Made by a program: the position numbers and the translations under genes. This document shows positions 17,299 to 26,058 of a stretch of DNA of 32,000 nt, piece by piece (position 1 is the first letter of the stretch; each line of letters starts with the position of its first letter). This DNA comes from Mycolicibacterium smegmatis (GTDB lineage Bacteria > Actinomycetota > Actinomycetes > Mycobacteriales > Mycobacteriaceae). Location: NCBI RefSeq assembly GCF_001457595.1, contig NZ_LN831039.1, positions 3,420,001 through 3,452,000 on the forward strand. The letters run 5' to 3'. Below the pieces are notes generated by a model. The model did not search any database. It was not told the DNA's origin and saw nothing but the letters and a program-made list of their open reading frames with translations.

Positions 17299-18519
17299 AT
17301 GTCTCTCACGGAATCACGTTCGGGCCGGGTCTGGGCATTCGACGAATTCACCTTGGACACCGAAGGTTACGAGTTGCGTCAAGGTGACGTCGCCATACGC
17401 GTGGAACCGCAGGTGTTCGATGTTCTCGTCAAGCTCGTCGAGAATCATCATCGGTGCGTCACCAAGGAAGAACTCTTCGACTCGGTGTGGGGTGGACGCT
17501 TCGTGGGTGAAGCGGCGCTGTCCAGCCGCATCATGGCGGCCCGCAAGGCGCTCGGTGACGATGGGGAGTCCCAGCGCTACATCCGCACCGTGCGCGGACG
17601 CGGATATCAGTTCGTCGGAACACTGTCGGACACCGCGCCGCGCGATGAAGAGCCACTCGAGATCGAGGTGCCGCCGCTGCGCCAGCACATCCGGTTCTGT
17701 TACGCCGCAGACGGCGTCCGGCTGGCCTATGCCGCGACCGGTGACGGCCCGCCGCTGGTGCGGGCGGCGAACTGGATGACCCATCTCGGCTACGACATCG
17801 AGAGTCCGGTGTGGCAACACTGGGTCAGGGATCTGTCCGCACACCATCGCCTCATCCGCTACGACGAACGGGGATGCGGGCTGTCCGACTGGTCCGCACG
17901 GGATTTCACATTCCAGGACTGGGTCGAGGACCTCGCGTCGGTGGTCGACGCCCTCGAACTCGAGCGCTTCCCGCTGCTGGGCGTTTCGCAAGGCGGAGCC
18001 GTAGCGGTCGCGTATGCCGCCAAGCATCCCGATCGGGTGTCCAAACTGGTGTTGTGCGGCGCATACGCGCGTGGTCGCGCGGTCCGCGCGGTGGGCGAAG
18101 AGGAACTCCGCGCCGCCGATCTCGATCGTGAGCTGGCCCGCGTCGGATGGGGCCGAGACGACCCCGCGTTCCGCCAGGTGTTCGCCGCGCAGTTCCTCCC
18201 CGAGGGCAGCCGCGCCGACTGGGACGCTTTCGACCAGTTGCAACGGCGAACGACCGACGCGCAGAACGCGGTGCGCTTCCTGGATCAGTTCGCACAGATC
18301 GACGTCCTGGACACCGCAGGCCAGGTGGAGTGTCCGACGCTCGTCATGCATGCTCAGGACGATCTGCGTGTGCCGATGCGGTTCGGCGAGGAGTTGGCCA
18401 TGCTCATCCCGCAGTCGCGGTTCGTCGCGCTTCCGAGCAACAACCATCTGCTGACCGGGACCGAGCCCGCGTGGGCGATCTTCTGCCACGAGCTCGAGGC
18501 GTTCCTGGCCGAGCCCTGA
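17299..18519 (+). CDS. OmpR-type winged-helix DNA-binding domain fused to alpha/beta hydrolase
   Basis: N-terminus VWAFDEFTLDTEGYELRQGDVAIRVEPQVFDVLVKLVENHHRCVTKEELFDSVWGGRFVGEAALSSRIMAARKALGDDGESQRYIRTVRGRGYQFVG; C-terminus FPLLGVSQGGAVAVAYAAKHPDRVSKLVLCG, HAQDDLRVP, PSNNHLLTG. Confidence 0.92.
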   Translation: MSLTESRSGRVWAFDEFTLDTEGYELRQGDVAIRVEPQVFDVLVKLVENHHRCVTKEELFDSVWGGRFVGEAALSSRIMAARKALGDDGESQRYIRTVRGRGYQFVGTLSDTAPRDEEPLEIEVPPLRQHIRFCYAADGVRLAYAATGDGPPLVRAANWMTHLGYDIESPVWQHWVRDLSAHHRLIRYDERGCGLSDWSARDFTFQDWVEDLASVVDALELERFPLLGVSQGGAVAVAYAAKHPDRVSKLVLCGAYARGRAVRAVGEEELRAADLDRELARVGWGRDDPAFRQVFAAQFLPEGSRADWDAFDQLQRRTTDAQNAVRFLDQFAQIDVLDTAGQVECPTLVMHAQDDLRVPMRFGEELAMLIPQSRFVALPSNNHLLTGTEPAWAIFCHELEAFLAEP

Positions 18520-18599
18520 TGAGTCGGCCGTCCTCCGCCGATCTCTGCCGCATCGTGGCCTTCACTCCTGTGGGCGGGTACGCGGCCCGCGGCCGATGA

Positions 18600-18622
18600 C
18601 CGGTCGTCTCGACGATGACCGG
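18600..18622 (+). other. Hairpin CCGGTCGTC-TCGAC-GATGACCGG
   Basis: 9-bp stem (one G-U) with 5-nt loop in the 222-bp intergenic space before the redox operon; could be a terminator or operator. Confidence 0.45.
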
Positions 18623-18741
18623 CGTGCATGGCGCTCCCGGCGGTGAGCGACGACTGGCTTGTCGCACTGGCGACTGGCGGATTCGGACATCAGTCCTCAC
18701 TCGTGACGATGGGTCTCACCAACTCGGAACAGGAGGACATG

Positions 18742-19218
18742 ATGACCACAGCGACAACCCCGCTGGTCCCACCGTTCACATCGGCCACGGCGATCGCGAA
18801 GGTGCGCGCCGCCGAGAATCTCTGGAACACCCGCGAACCCGAACGGGTGGCGAGGGGCTACAGCACCGACAGTGTGTGGCGGAACCGCTCGGCGTTCATC
18901 CACGGTCGACCCGCGATCGTCGAATTCCTCAAGGCGAAATGGGCCACCGAACTCGACTACCGGCTCATCAAGGAAGTCTGGGCCTACGGCGACGACCGCA
19001 TCGCAGTTCGGTTCGCCTACGAGTACCACGACGCCGCCGGGCAGTGGTTCCGCGCGTACGGCAACGAGAACTGGGAGTTCGATCCCGACGGGTTGATGCG
19101 TCACCGCCACGCGAGCATCAACGACCTGGCCATCGCCGAGAGCGACCGCCTTTTTCACTGGGACAGCTCGGGCCCGCGGCCCGACCGCCATCCCGGGCTC
19201 AGCGAACTGGGCCTGTGA
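18742..19218 (+). CDS. NTF2/SnoaL-like protein, DUF1348-type
   Basis: [90 protein letters not shown]; SD AGGAGG at 18731-18736. Confidence 0.88.
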   Translation: MTTATTPLVPPFTSATAIAKVRAAENLWNTREPERVARGYSTDSVWRNRSAFIHGRPAIVEFLKAKWATELDYRLIKEVWAYGDDRIAVRFAYEYHDAAGQWFRAYGNENWEFDPDGLMRHRHASINDLAIAESDRLFHWDSSGPRPDRHPGLSELGL

Positions 19219-20195
19219 TGGAGACCATGAGGGCCGTCGGTGTGGCCGAGTACGGCGGACCGGAGGTCCTCAAGCTGGTCGAGGTGCCACGACCGATCAC
19301 CGGTCCGGGCCAGATCCGGATCCGGGTGTACGCGGCGACGGTGAACCCGGGCGACACGGTGTTGCGCACCGGGCACCTCGACGACGTGCTGCGCTCCGGA
19401 CCGCTCACGCCGCCCTACATACCGGGAATGGAAGCGGCCGGAGTGGTCGACGAGATCGGACACGAGGTCCAGACCGATCTTCGCCCCGGTGACCGCGTGA
19501 TGACGATGGTGATGCCGATCGACCCCACCGGAGGTGCATACGCCGAATACCTCGTCGTCGCTCCCGATCAGGTCACCCGGGCGCCGGCCGGTAGCACGCA
19601 CGCCGAAGCGGCCACACTTCCCATGAACGGTCTCACCGCGCGGCTTGCCCTCGATGTGCTCGATCTCGCACCGGGGGAGACCGTGGCCGTCACGGGCGCA
19701 GCCGGTGCCGTCGGCGGCTATGCGATCCAGTTGGCCAAGGTCGACGGACTGCGGGTGATCGCCGACGCCGCCCCGGCGGATTCCTCACTGGTGGCCTATT
19801 TCGGAGCCGATCAGATCGTCGCGCGCGGGACCGGGGTTGGCGGACGCATCAGGCAGTGGTGGCCTGCGGGCGTCGCCGCGGTTGTCGACGCGGCGCTGCA
19901 GGGCGGCGAGGTCGTCCCGGCCCTGCGGGACGGTGGTCAGATCGCGGCCGTGCGCGGATGGGAACTGCACGGCGCCGGCAACCTCGGACAGGACCGCGGC
20001 ATCGAGATCCGCGAGGTCTTCGTGCCCGAGTACACCCACCGGCGCGACAAACTCGACGGCCTCCGCGTCCTCGCCGAGGACGGAAAGCTCGCGCTGCGCG
20101 TGGCCCGTACCTATCCGGCCGAACAGGCCGCCGCGGCGCACCGGGCCCTTGAAGCCGGCGGCATCCGCGGCCGCCTCGTACTGACTCTCGACTGA
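19218..20195 (+). CDS. NADPH:quinone oxidoreductase / zinc-binding-type MDR dehydrogenase
   Basis: MRAVGVAEYGGPEVLKLVEVPRPITGPGQIRIRVYAATVNPGDT...VTGAAGAVGGYAIQLAKVDG...AAHRALEAGGIRGRLVLTLD; start overlaps upstream stop (TGATG). Confidence 0.92.
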   Translation: METMRAVGVAEYGGPEVLKLVEVPRPITGPGQIRIRVYAATVNPGDTVLRTGHLDDVLRSGPLTPPYIPGMEAAGVVDEIGHEVQTDLRPGDRVMTMVMPIDPTGGAYAEYLVVAPDQVTRAPAGSTHAEAATLPMNGLTARLALDVLDLAPGETVAVTGAAGAVGGYAIQLAKVDGLRVIADAAPADSSLVAYFGADQIVARGTGVGGRIRQWWPAGVAAVVDAALQGGEVVPALRDGGQIAAVRGWELHGAGNLGQDRGIEIREVFVPEYTHRRDKLDGLRVLAEDGKLALRVARTYPAEQAAAAHRALEAGGIRGRLVLTLD

Positions 20196-20209
20196 CAGGA
20201 GAACCCGAC

Positions 20210-21295
20210 ATGACACCGATCGGAGTGGGCGTCATCGGCGCCAGTCCCAACGGCGGGTGGGCGGCACTGGCACATGTACCAGCCCTTCGGGCGCTGCCCG
20301 AGTACGATCTTCGCGCAGTGGCCACCAGCAGGCCCGAGTCGGCCGAGCGCGCGAAAGCGGCATGGGGAATCGACGCCTACCATGACCCGCGCCGCCTCAT
20401 CGAGCGTCGCGACATCGATCTGGTCGTGGTCGCGGTGAAGGTACCCGACCACTACGGGCTGATCACCGACGCGCTTACCGCAGGCAAGGCCGTCTTCAGC
20501 GAGTGGCCGCTGGGCGTGGCGCTCGAGCAGGCGCAGATCCTGCATGCCGAGGCCGTTGTCGCGGGAGTCCCCACGGTCGTCGGGCTCCAGGCGCGGTTTG
20601 CACCGGCCATCCGGCGCATGCGTGAACTCGTCGACGCTGGATACGTCGGAAAAGTGTTGTCCACCAACATCGTCGGTTCGGGAATGGCTTGGGCACCCGG
20701 GGCGCCCGCGGCGCAGGCCTATGCATTCGACGCGCGCAACGGGGTGACCACGTTGACCGTGTCCACGGCGCACGCCCTCGACGCGCTGAGCTACGTGCTC
20801 GGCGACATCTCGTCGGTCACGTCGACCCTGGGCGTCGGCAACGACACCATCACGCTCGACGACGGGAGCACGACGACTGTGACCTCGCCGGACCAGGTAG
20901 CGGTCACGGCACAACTGGAAAGCGGCGCCGTCGCTTCGGTGTTCTATCGGGGCGGCCTGTCCCGAGCCGGAAACCTGCGCTGGGAGATCAACGGCACCCA
21001 CGGCGACCTGCTCCTGACCTGTCCGGCGCCCAACGGCAACATCCAGGCCACCGAACTGGTACTGGCCGGTGCGAATGGCAGCGCCACCCACCTCGAGCCG
21101 ATCCACACGCACGACGCCCACCCGGAAACCGGGTTGAGCGGCCCGGCGAACACCGTCGCCAACCTGTACCGGGCGTTCGCGCACGATCAGTTGCTCGGCA
21201 CCGCCGCCGCGCCGACGTTCGGCGATGCCGTCGCCCTGCACAGGCTGATCGCCGGTATCGAACACGTGAACACAGAATCACACAGGAAGTACTGA
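20210..21295 (+). CDS. Gfo/Idh/MocA family oxidoreductase
   Basis: IGVGVIGASPNGGWAALAHVPALRALPEYDLRAVATSRPESAERAKAAWGIDAYHDPRRLIERRDIDLVVVAVKVPDHYGLITDALTAGKAVFSEWPLG. Confidence 0.92.
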   Translation: MTPIGVGVIGASPNGGWAALAHVPALRALPEYDLRAVATSRPESAERAKAAWGIDAYHDPRRLIERRDIDLVVVAVKVPDHYGLITDALTAGKAVFSEWPLGVALEQAQILHAEAVVAGVPTVVGLQARFAPAIRRMRELVDAGYVGKVLSTNIVGSGMAWAPGAPAAQAYAFDARNGVTTLTVSTAHALDALSYVLGDISSVTSTLGVGNDTITLDDGSTTTVTSPDQVAVTAQLESGAVASVFYRGGLSRAGNLRWEINGTHGDLLLTCPAPNGNIQATELVLAGANGSATHLEPIHTHDAHPETGLSGPANTVANLYRAFAHDQLLGTAAAPTFGDAVALHRLIAGIEHVNTESHRKY

Positions 21296-21301
21296 CAATC
21301 A

Positions 21302-22162
21302 ATGAGATTCGCATTCAAGACCTCGCCGCAGAACACCACATGGCAGGACATGCTCGCGGTGTGGCAGACTGCCGACGACATCGAGGTGTTCGAGTCCGGC
21401 TGGACTTTCGACCACTTCTATCCGATCGTCGGGGACTCCTCGGGCCCATGTCTGGAGGGCTGGACCACGCTCACCGCGCTCGCGCAGGCCACGTCGCGGC
21501 TGCGGCTGGGCACACTGGTCACCGGTGTGCACTATCGGCATCCGGCCGTGCTCGCGAACATGGCTGCGGCACTGGACATCATCTCGAACGGCCGCCTCGA
21601 GCTCGGTATCGGCGCCGGCTGGAACGAAGAGGAGTCCGGGGCGTACGGAATCGAGCTCGGCAGCGTCAAGGAGCGTCTCGACCGATTCGAGGAAGCCACC
21701 CAGGTGCTCATCGGTCTGCTCAGTCAGGACAGCACCGATTTCGACGGCGCGTTCTACACCTTGAAGAACGCCCGCAACGAACCCAAAGGGCCGCAACGCC
21801 CGCACCCGCCCATCGTGATGGGTGGCAGCGGCGAGAAGCGCACGCTCCGGATCACCGCCAAATACGCCGATCACTGGAACTTCGTTCTCGGCACCCCGGA
21901 AGAGTTCGCGCACAAGCGCGATGTCCTGTGGTCGCACTGCGCGGACATCGGCCGAGACCCCGACGAGATCACGCTGTCGGCGCACGTGTGGCACAACGCC
22001 GAACACGACCACCAGAAACTGCTCACCGAGGTGGCCGCCTTCGGCGAGGTCGGCCTCAATCTGGCGATCATCAATCTGCCGCCGCCCCTGACGCCGGCGA
22101 CCCTCGAACCCCTTGCGGCCGCGATCACCGCATCCGGACTGTTGACAACGACGAAAGAGTAG
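21302..22162 (+). CDS. LLM-class flavin (probably F420-)dependent oxidoreductase
   Basis: FESGWTFDHFYPIVGDSSGPCLEGWTTLTALAQATSRLRLGTLVTGVHYRHPAVLANMAAALDIISNGRLELGIGAGWNEEE. Confidence 0.92.
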   Translation: MRFAFKTSPQNTTWQDMLAVWQTADDIEVFESGWTFDHFYPIVGDSSGPCLEGWTTLTALAQATSRLRLGTLVTGVHYRHPAVLANMAAALDIISNGRLELGIGAGWNEEESGAYGIELGSVKERLDRFEEATQVLIGLLSQDSTDFDGAFYTLKNARNEPKGPQRPHPPIVMGGSGEKRTLRITAKYADHWNFVLGTPEEFAHKRDVLWSHCADIGRDPDEITLSAHVWHNAEHDHQKLLTEVAAFGEVGLNLAIINLPPPLTPATLEPLAAAITASGLLTTTKE

Positions 22163-22165
22163 ACC

Positions 22166-23050
22166 ATGGCACACGAAACACGAACTTGGTTCATCACGGG
22201 GTCATCCCGCGGATTCGGGCGGGCCTTGGTCAAGGCGGCTCTCGACGCGGGCGACAACGTCGCCGCCACAGCCCGCAAACCCGGGCAACTCGCCGATTTC
22301 GCCGAAACATACGGCGACCGTGTCCTTGCGCTGCCGCTCGACGTCACCGACCCGTCGGCGGCACGCACGGCAGTCGCCACGGCGCGGGAGGCGTTCGGGC
22401 GCATCGACATTGTGGTGAACAACGCCGGCTACGCCAATGTGGCGCCCATCGAGACCGGCGACGACGAGGACTTCCGGACCCAGTTCGAGACCAACTTCTG
22501 GGGCGTCTACAACGTGTCCAAGGCGGCCCTTCCGGTACTGCGGGAACAACGCGGCGGTCTGATCATCCAGTTCTCCTCGATGGGCGGCCGCGTCGGCGGC
22601 TCACCCGGAATCGGGTCCTACCAGGCGGCCAAGTTCGCCATCGACGGGTTCTCGCGGGTGTTGCTCGCAGAAACCGCGCCCTTCGGCGTGAAGGTGCTGG
22701 TCGTGGAACCCAGTGGCTTCGCCACCGATTGGGCGGGGGCGTCGATGGAAGTACACGACATCCCTGCCGACTACGCCGACACCGTCGGAGGGATGTCCGC
22801 GATCCGTCAGAGCGATTCGGTCACCGCGGGTGACCCGGTACGGGCGGCCGAGATCCTGGTGCAGATGAGTCGCCGTGACGACATTCCCTACCATCTGCCC
22901 ATTGGTGTCCACTCGGTGGAAGGATGCCTGCAGCAGGACGAGTTCCTGCTCGGCGAGGACCGCAAGTGGGCCGCCGTGGGGCGCTCGGCTGACTACAGCG
23001 AAGCGTATCCCGTTGCCTTCCCGCCCGATACCGTGAGCTCATCGGCCTGA
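22166..23050 (+). CDS. Short-chain dehydrogenase/reductase
   Basis: TWFITGSSRGFGRALVKAALDAGDNVAATARKPGQL, VVNNAGYANV, FSSMGGRVGGSPGIGSYQAAKFAIDGFS (YxxxK). Confidence 0.93.
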   Translation: MAHETRTWFITGSSRGFGRALVKAALDAGDNVAATARKPGQLADFAETYGDRVLALPLDVTDPSAARTAVATAREAFGRIDIVVNNAGYANVAPIETGDDEDFRTQFETNFWGVYNVSKAALPVLREQRGGLIIQFSSMGGRVGGSPGIGSYQAAKFAIDGFSRVLLAETAPFGVKVLVVEPSGFATDWAGASMEVHDIPADYADTVGGMSAIRQSDSVTAGDPVRAAEILVQMSRRDDIPYHLPIGVHSVEGCLQQDEFLLGEDRKWAAVGRSADYSEAYPVAFPPDTVSSSA

Positions 23051-23110
23051 GCGTTCAGTGCGAACCCCGTATCCGGCAACCTCTTTCATCGTTTCTGCAT
23101 AATCGAAGAG

Positions 23111-24589
23111 ATGAGACCGGGGGAACTCGTACTGTGCGCCGCGCTCGCCGCGGGACTGCTTGCGCTCGTGTTACCGGTGCCACGCCGGCTGCGACTGATT
23201 GCCACGCTGCCGGTGCCGGTCGCCGTCGCCCAGCTGATCTTCGAGGGTTACCGCTGGCAGCTGACTCCCGCTTATGTCCTCGCCGCGGCCGTCGGCGCGT
23301 GGGAGGTCGTGTCCATCGGGAGAGGCGGTCGGAGTTCCCCGCGCGGACGGTGGCTGACAGTCGTCACGACCCTGGCAGCAGGCGTGGCGTTCGCCGTCTC
23401 GGTGGCAATTCCGGTGCTGGTGCCGGTCTTCCGGTTCCCGGATCCCGGCGGACCGTACGCGATAGGCACGGTCAGCTATCACTGGCGCGACCATGACCGG
23501 CGGGAGATCTTCGACGGAGATCCCGCGGCGCGGCGCGAACTCATGGCCCAGATCTGGTATCCCGCGGAGTCGAGCGTGGAAGCAGAGACAGCGCCGTATG
23601 TTTCGGATGTCGACGCGTTCGCGCCCGCGGCCGGCAAGCTTCTCGGTATCCCCGGGTTCGTCTTCAGCCACTTCGGCAAGGTGCGTACGCACGGCGTCGA
23701 GGCCGCGCCGGTCGCTTCGGATCGTCCACGGTATCCCGTGCTCGTATTCGCATCGGGGCTCAACGGATTCCGCCAGTCCAACATGTTCCAGGTCGAACAG
23801 TTGGTGTCCCGCGGGTTCGTCGTCGTCGGCATCGACCAGCCTCACATCTCGGCCGTGACGGCATTTCCCGACGGCCGCAGGATTCCCGGCTGGACCAAGG
23901 ACCGGTTGGTGCACGTCATCCAACAGAGCATCACGCCGAAGGAGCCCGCACCCGCCATCGGTGACACCGAGCTGCCACGCGGACTGTTCCCGTATCTCGC
24001 CGAAGACATCAGTTTCGTCCTGGATGAGCTTGAACGCCTCAATGATTCGGATCCGTCGGGCCGATTCACGGGCAGGCTCGACATCGACCGCGCAGGCGCA
24101 CTCGGTATCTCGCTGGGGGCGGTCACGGTCGGACAGGTCTGCCACGCCGATCCGCGCCTGAAGGCGTGCTTGATGATGGACGCCGCGATGCCTGCCGACG
24201 TCGTACGTGACGGCCTGGAACAACCGGCGATGTGGCTGACCCGCGACGCCGATTCCATCCTGCTCGAGCGCAACCGTAGCGGCGGCTGGCCGGACCACGA
24301 AATCCGCGAGACACTCGACACGCAGCGCGCGGCGTTCGGCAAGAGCAAACCTGGAAACGGCTTCTACATCGAGACCCCGGGGATGTTCCACCTGAACTAC
24401 ACCGACGCCCCGGCCTGGACGCCGCTGGCGCAGGCACTCGCTCTGTCCGGGCCCATCGGGGCGCAACGGGGTCACGAGATCCACGCGGCATACACCGTCG
24501 CGTTCTTCGAGCATGCCCTCGACGGCGGTCGACCTCCACTGCTCGACGGGCCACCGCCGTGGGACGAGGTCGCCATCGAGCGGCGCTGA
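23111..24589 (+). CDS. Membrane-anchored alpha/beta hydrolase, platelet-activating-factor-acetylhydrolase-like
   Basis: N-terminal hydrophobic segments; MAQIWYPAESS, GISLGAVTVGQVCHADPRLKACLMMDAAM nucleophile elbow. Confidence 0.82.
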   Translation: MRPGELVLCAALAAGLLALVLPVPRRLRLIATLPVPVAVAQLIFEGYRWQLTPAYVLAAAVGAWEVVSIGRGGRSSPRGRWLTVVTTLAAGVAFAVSVAIPVLVPVFRFPDPGGPYAIGTVSYHWRDHDRREIFDGDPAARRELMAQIWYPAESSVEAETAPYVSDVDAFAPAAGKLLGIPGFVFSHFGKVRTHGVEAAPVASDRPRYPVLVFASGLNGFRQSNMFQVEQLVSRGFVVVGIDQPHISAVTAFPDGRRIPGWTKDRLVHVIQQSITPKEPAPAIGDTELPRGLFPYLAEDISFVLDELERLNDSDPSGRFTGRLDIDRAGALGISLGAVTVGQVCHADPRLKACLMMDAAMPADVVRDGLEQPAMWLTRDADSILLERNRSGGWPDHEIRETLDTQRAAFGKSKPGNGFYIETPGMFHLNYTDAPAWTPLAQALALSGPIGAQRGHEIHAAYTVAFFEHALDGGRPPLLDGPPPWDEVAIERR

Positions 24590-24645
24590 CTCCCTCTGCT
24601 ACGGGGCGGCGGGTGTAGCCCGGCTGGGGCCGGGTACCCGCAGGT

Positions 24646-26016
24646 GTGCCTGAAACACATGAGTTGACAATTCACGATCCACGCACAGGCGAGTTGGTCG
24701 GCCGCACTCCGATTGCCACCGCCTCGGAGTGCGATGCCGCGATCGCACGTGCCCGCGGTGCCGCGGCCGGTTGGGCCCGCACGCCCGCGGGTGAGCGCGC
24801 GGCCGTGCTCACCTCGGCCGCAGCCGATGTCCGCGCCGCGGCCGACGAACTCGCCGAGCTCAACGAACGCGAGACCGGAAAGCTCAGAGCCGACGCCAGC
24901 GGCGGTGTCGACGCCGCCGTCTCGACGCTCGTCCAGTATGCCGAGCTCGGCCCCCTGCACCGGGGCCGCAGCCTGCACGGCAACTGGTCGGCCACCGATT
25001 TGATGGTGCCCGGGCCACGCGGCGTCGTCGCAGTGCTCACGCCGTGGAACGATCCCGTCGCCGTGGCCGCCGGGCTGCTGGGCGCCGCGCTGGTCACGGG
25101 CAACACCGTCGTGCACAAACCGAGCGAACGGTGCCCCGCCACCGGTCGCCGGTTCGCCGAGTTGCTGGCGCAGCACCTGCCCAAGGGCGTACTCGAGATC
25201 CTCGACGGTGACGCCACGATCGGTGCGCAACTCGCGGCGGCCGGGGACGTCGACGTCGTCGCCCACGTCGGCAGCAGCGTGACAGGGCGAGCGATCACCC
25301 GCGCCTGCGCCGAACGCGGCGCCAAGGCGCTGCTGGAGAACGGCGGCAACGATGCGCTCGTCGTCGATGCGGGGATCGACCCGGGGTGGGCTGCGGCGCA
25401 GGCCGCGCTCGGTTCGTTCGCCAACGCCGGTCAGATCTGCGTATCGGTCGAGCGAATCTTCGTGGTCGGAGCCGTGGAGGCCATGGTCGAGGCGTTCATC
25501 CGTGCCCTGGTCGACGAGGCCGAGAGCTGGGCAGAGCGGATCGGCCCGTTGGTCGATGAGCGCCAGCGCGAACAGGTCCACCGCCACGTCACCGACGCCG
25601 TCAAGCGTGGCGCCACCGTGGCCGCCGGGGGAGAGGCACCGTCTGGTCCCGGCACCTTCTACCCGCCGACGGTGCTGACCGACTGCACGAAAGACATGCT
25701 GGTGTTCCAGGAAGAGACATTCGGCCCCGTCGCTGCGGTCCGTGTCGTTCCGGACTTCGACGCCGCGATCACGGAGGCCGCCGATGACAGGTACGGCCTC
25801 GCGGCCAGTGTGCTGACACCGGATATGGGCCATGCGCAACAGGCGTGGCGGGATCTACCTGTCGGCACTGTGAAGATCAACGACGTCTTCGGCGGTGCAC
25901 CAGGTGGCGCGTCACAGCCCCGCAAGGCGAGCGGCAGCGGATTCGGTTTCGGCCCTGAACTTCTCGACGAGATGACCACGATGAAGGTCGTGCACTGGTC
26001 ACCTCCGCCGACCTGA
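24646..26016 (+). CDS. Aldehyde dehydrogenase family protein
   Basis: GVVAVLTPWNDPVAVAAGLLGAALVTGNTVVHKPSERCPATG, ALLENGGNDALVVDAGIDPGWAAAQAALGSFANAGQICVSVERIFV (catalytic Cys), PVGTVKINDV; GTG start. Confidence 0.92.
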   Translation: MPETHELTIHDPRTGELVGRTPIATASECDAAIARARGAAAGWARTPAGERAAVLTSAAADVRAAADELAELNERETGKLRADASGGVDAAVSTLVQYAELGPLHRGRSLHGNWSATDLMVPGPRGVVAVLTPWNDPVAVAAGLLGAALVTGNTVVHKPSERCPATGRRFAELLAQHLPKGVLEILDGDATIGAQLAAAGDVDVVAHVGSSVTGRAITRACAERGAKALLENGGNDALVVDAGIDPGWAAAQAALGSFANAGQICVSVERIFVVGAVEAMVEAFIRALVDEAESWAERIGPLVDERQREQVHRHVTDAVKRGATVAAGGEAPSGPGTFYPPTVLTDCTKDMLVFQEETFGPVAAVRVVPDFDAAITEAADDRYGLAASVLTPDMGHAQQAWRDLPVGTVKINDVFGGAPGGASQPRKASGSGFGFGPELLDEMTTMKVVHWSPPPT

Positions 26017-26058
26017 TTTCTGCCGAAACTGCTTTGACAGGGCCCATACGCTCGGGCT

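Noticed and set aside
18615-19217. N-terminal 200 aa of the 526-aa ORF starting at 18615
   Set aside because: Out-of-frame read-through of the DUF1348 gene; the real MDR oxidoreductase begins at 19218.
20689-22833. 714-aa plus-strand ORF
   Set aside because: Alternative frame across three clearly coding genes (Gfo/Idh/MocA, LLM, SDR), with Arg/His-rich shadow translation.
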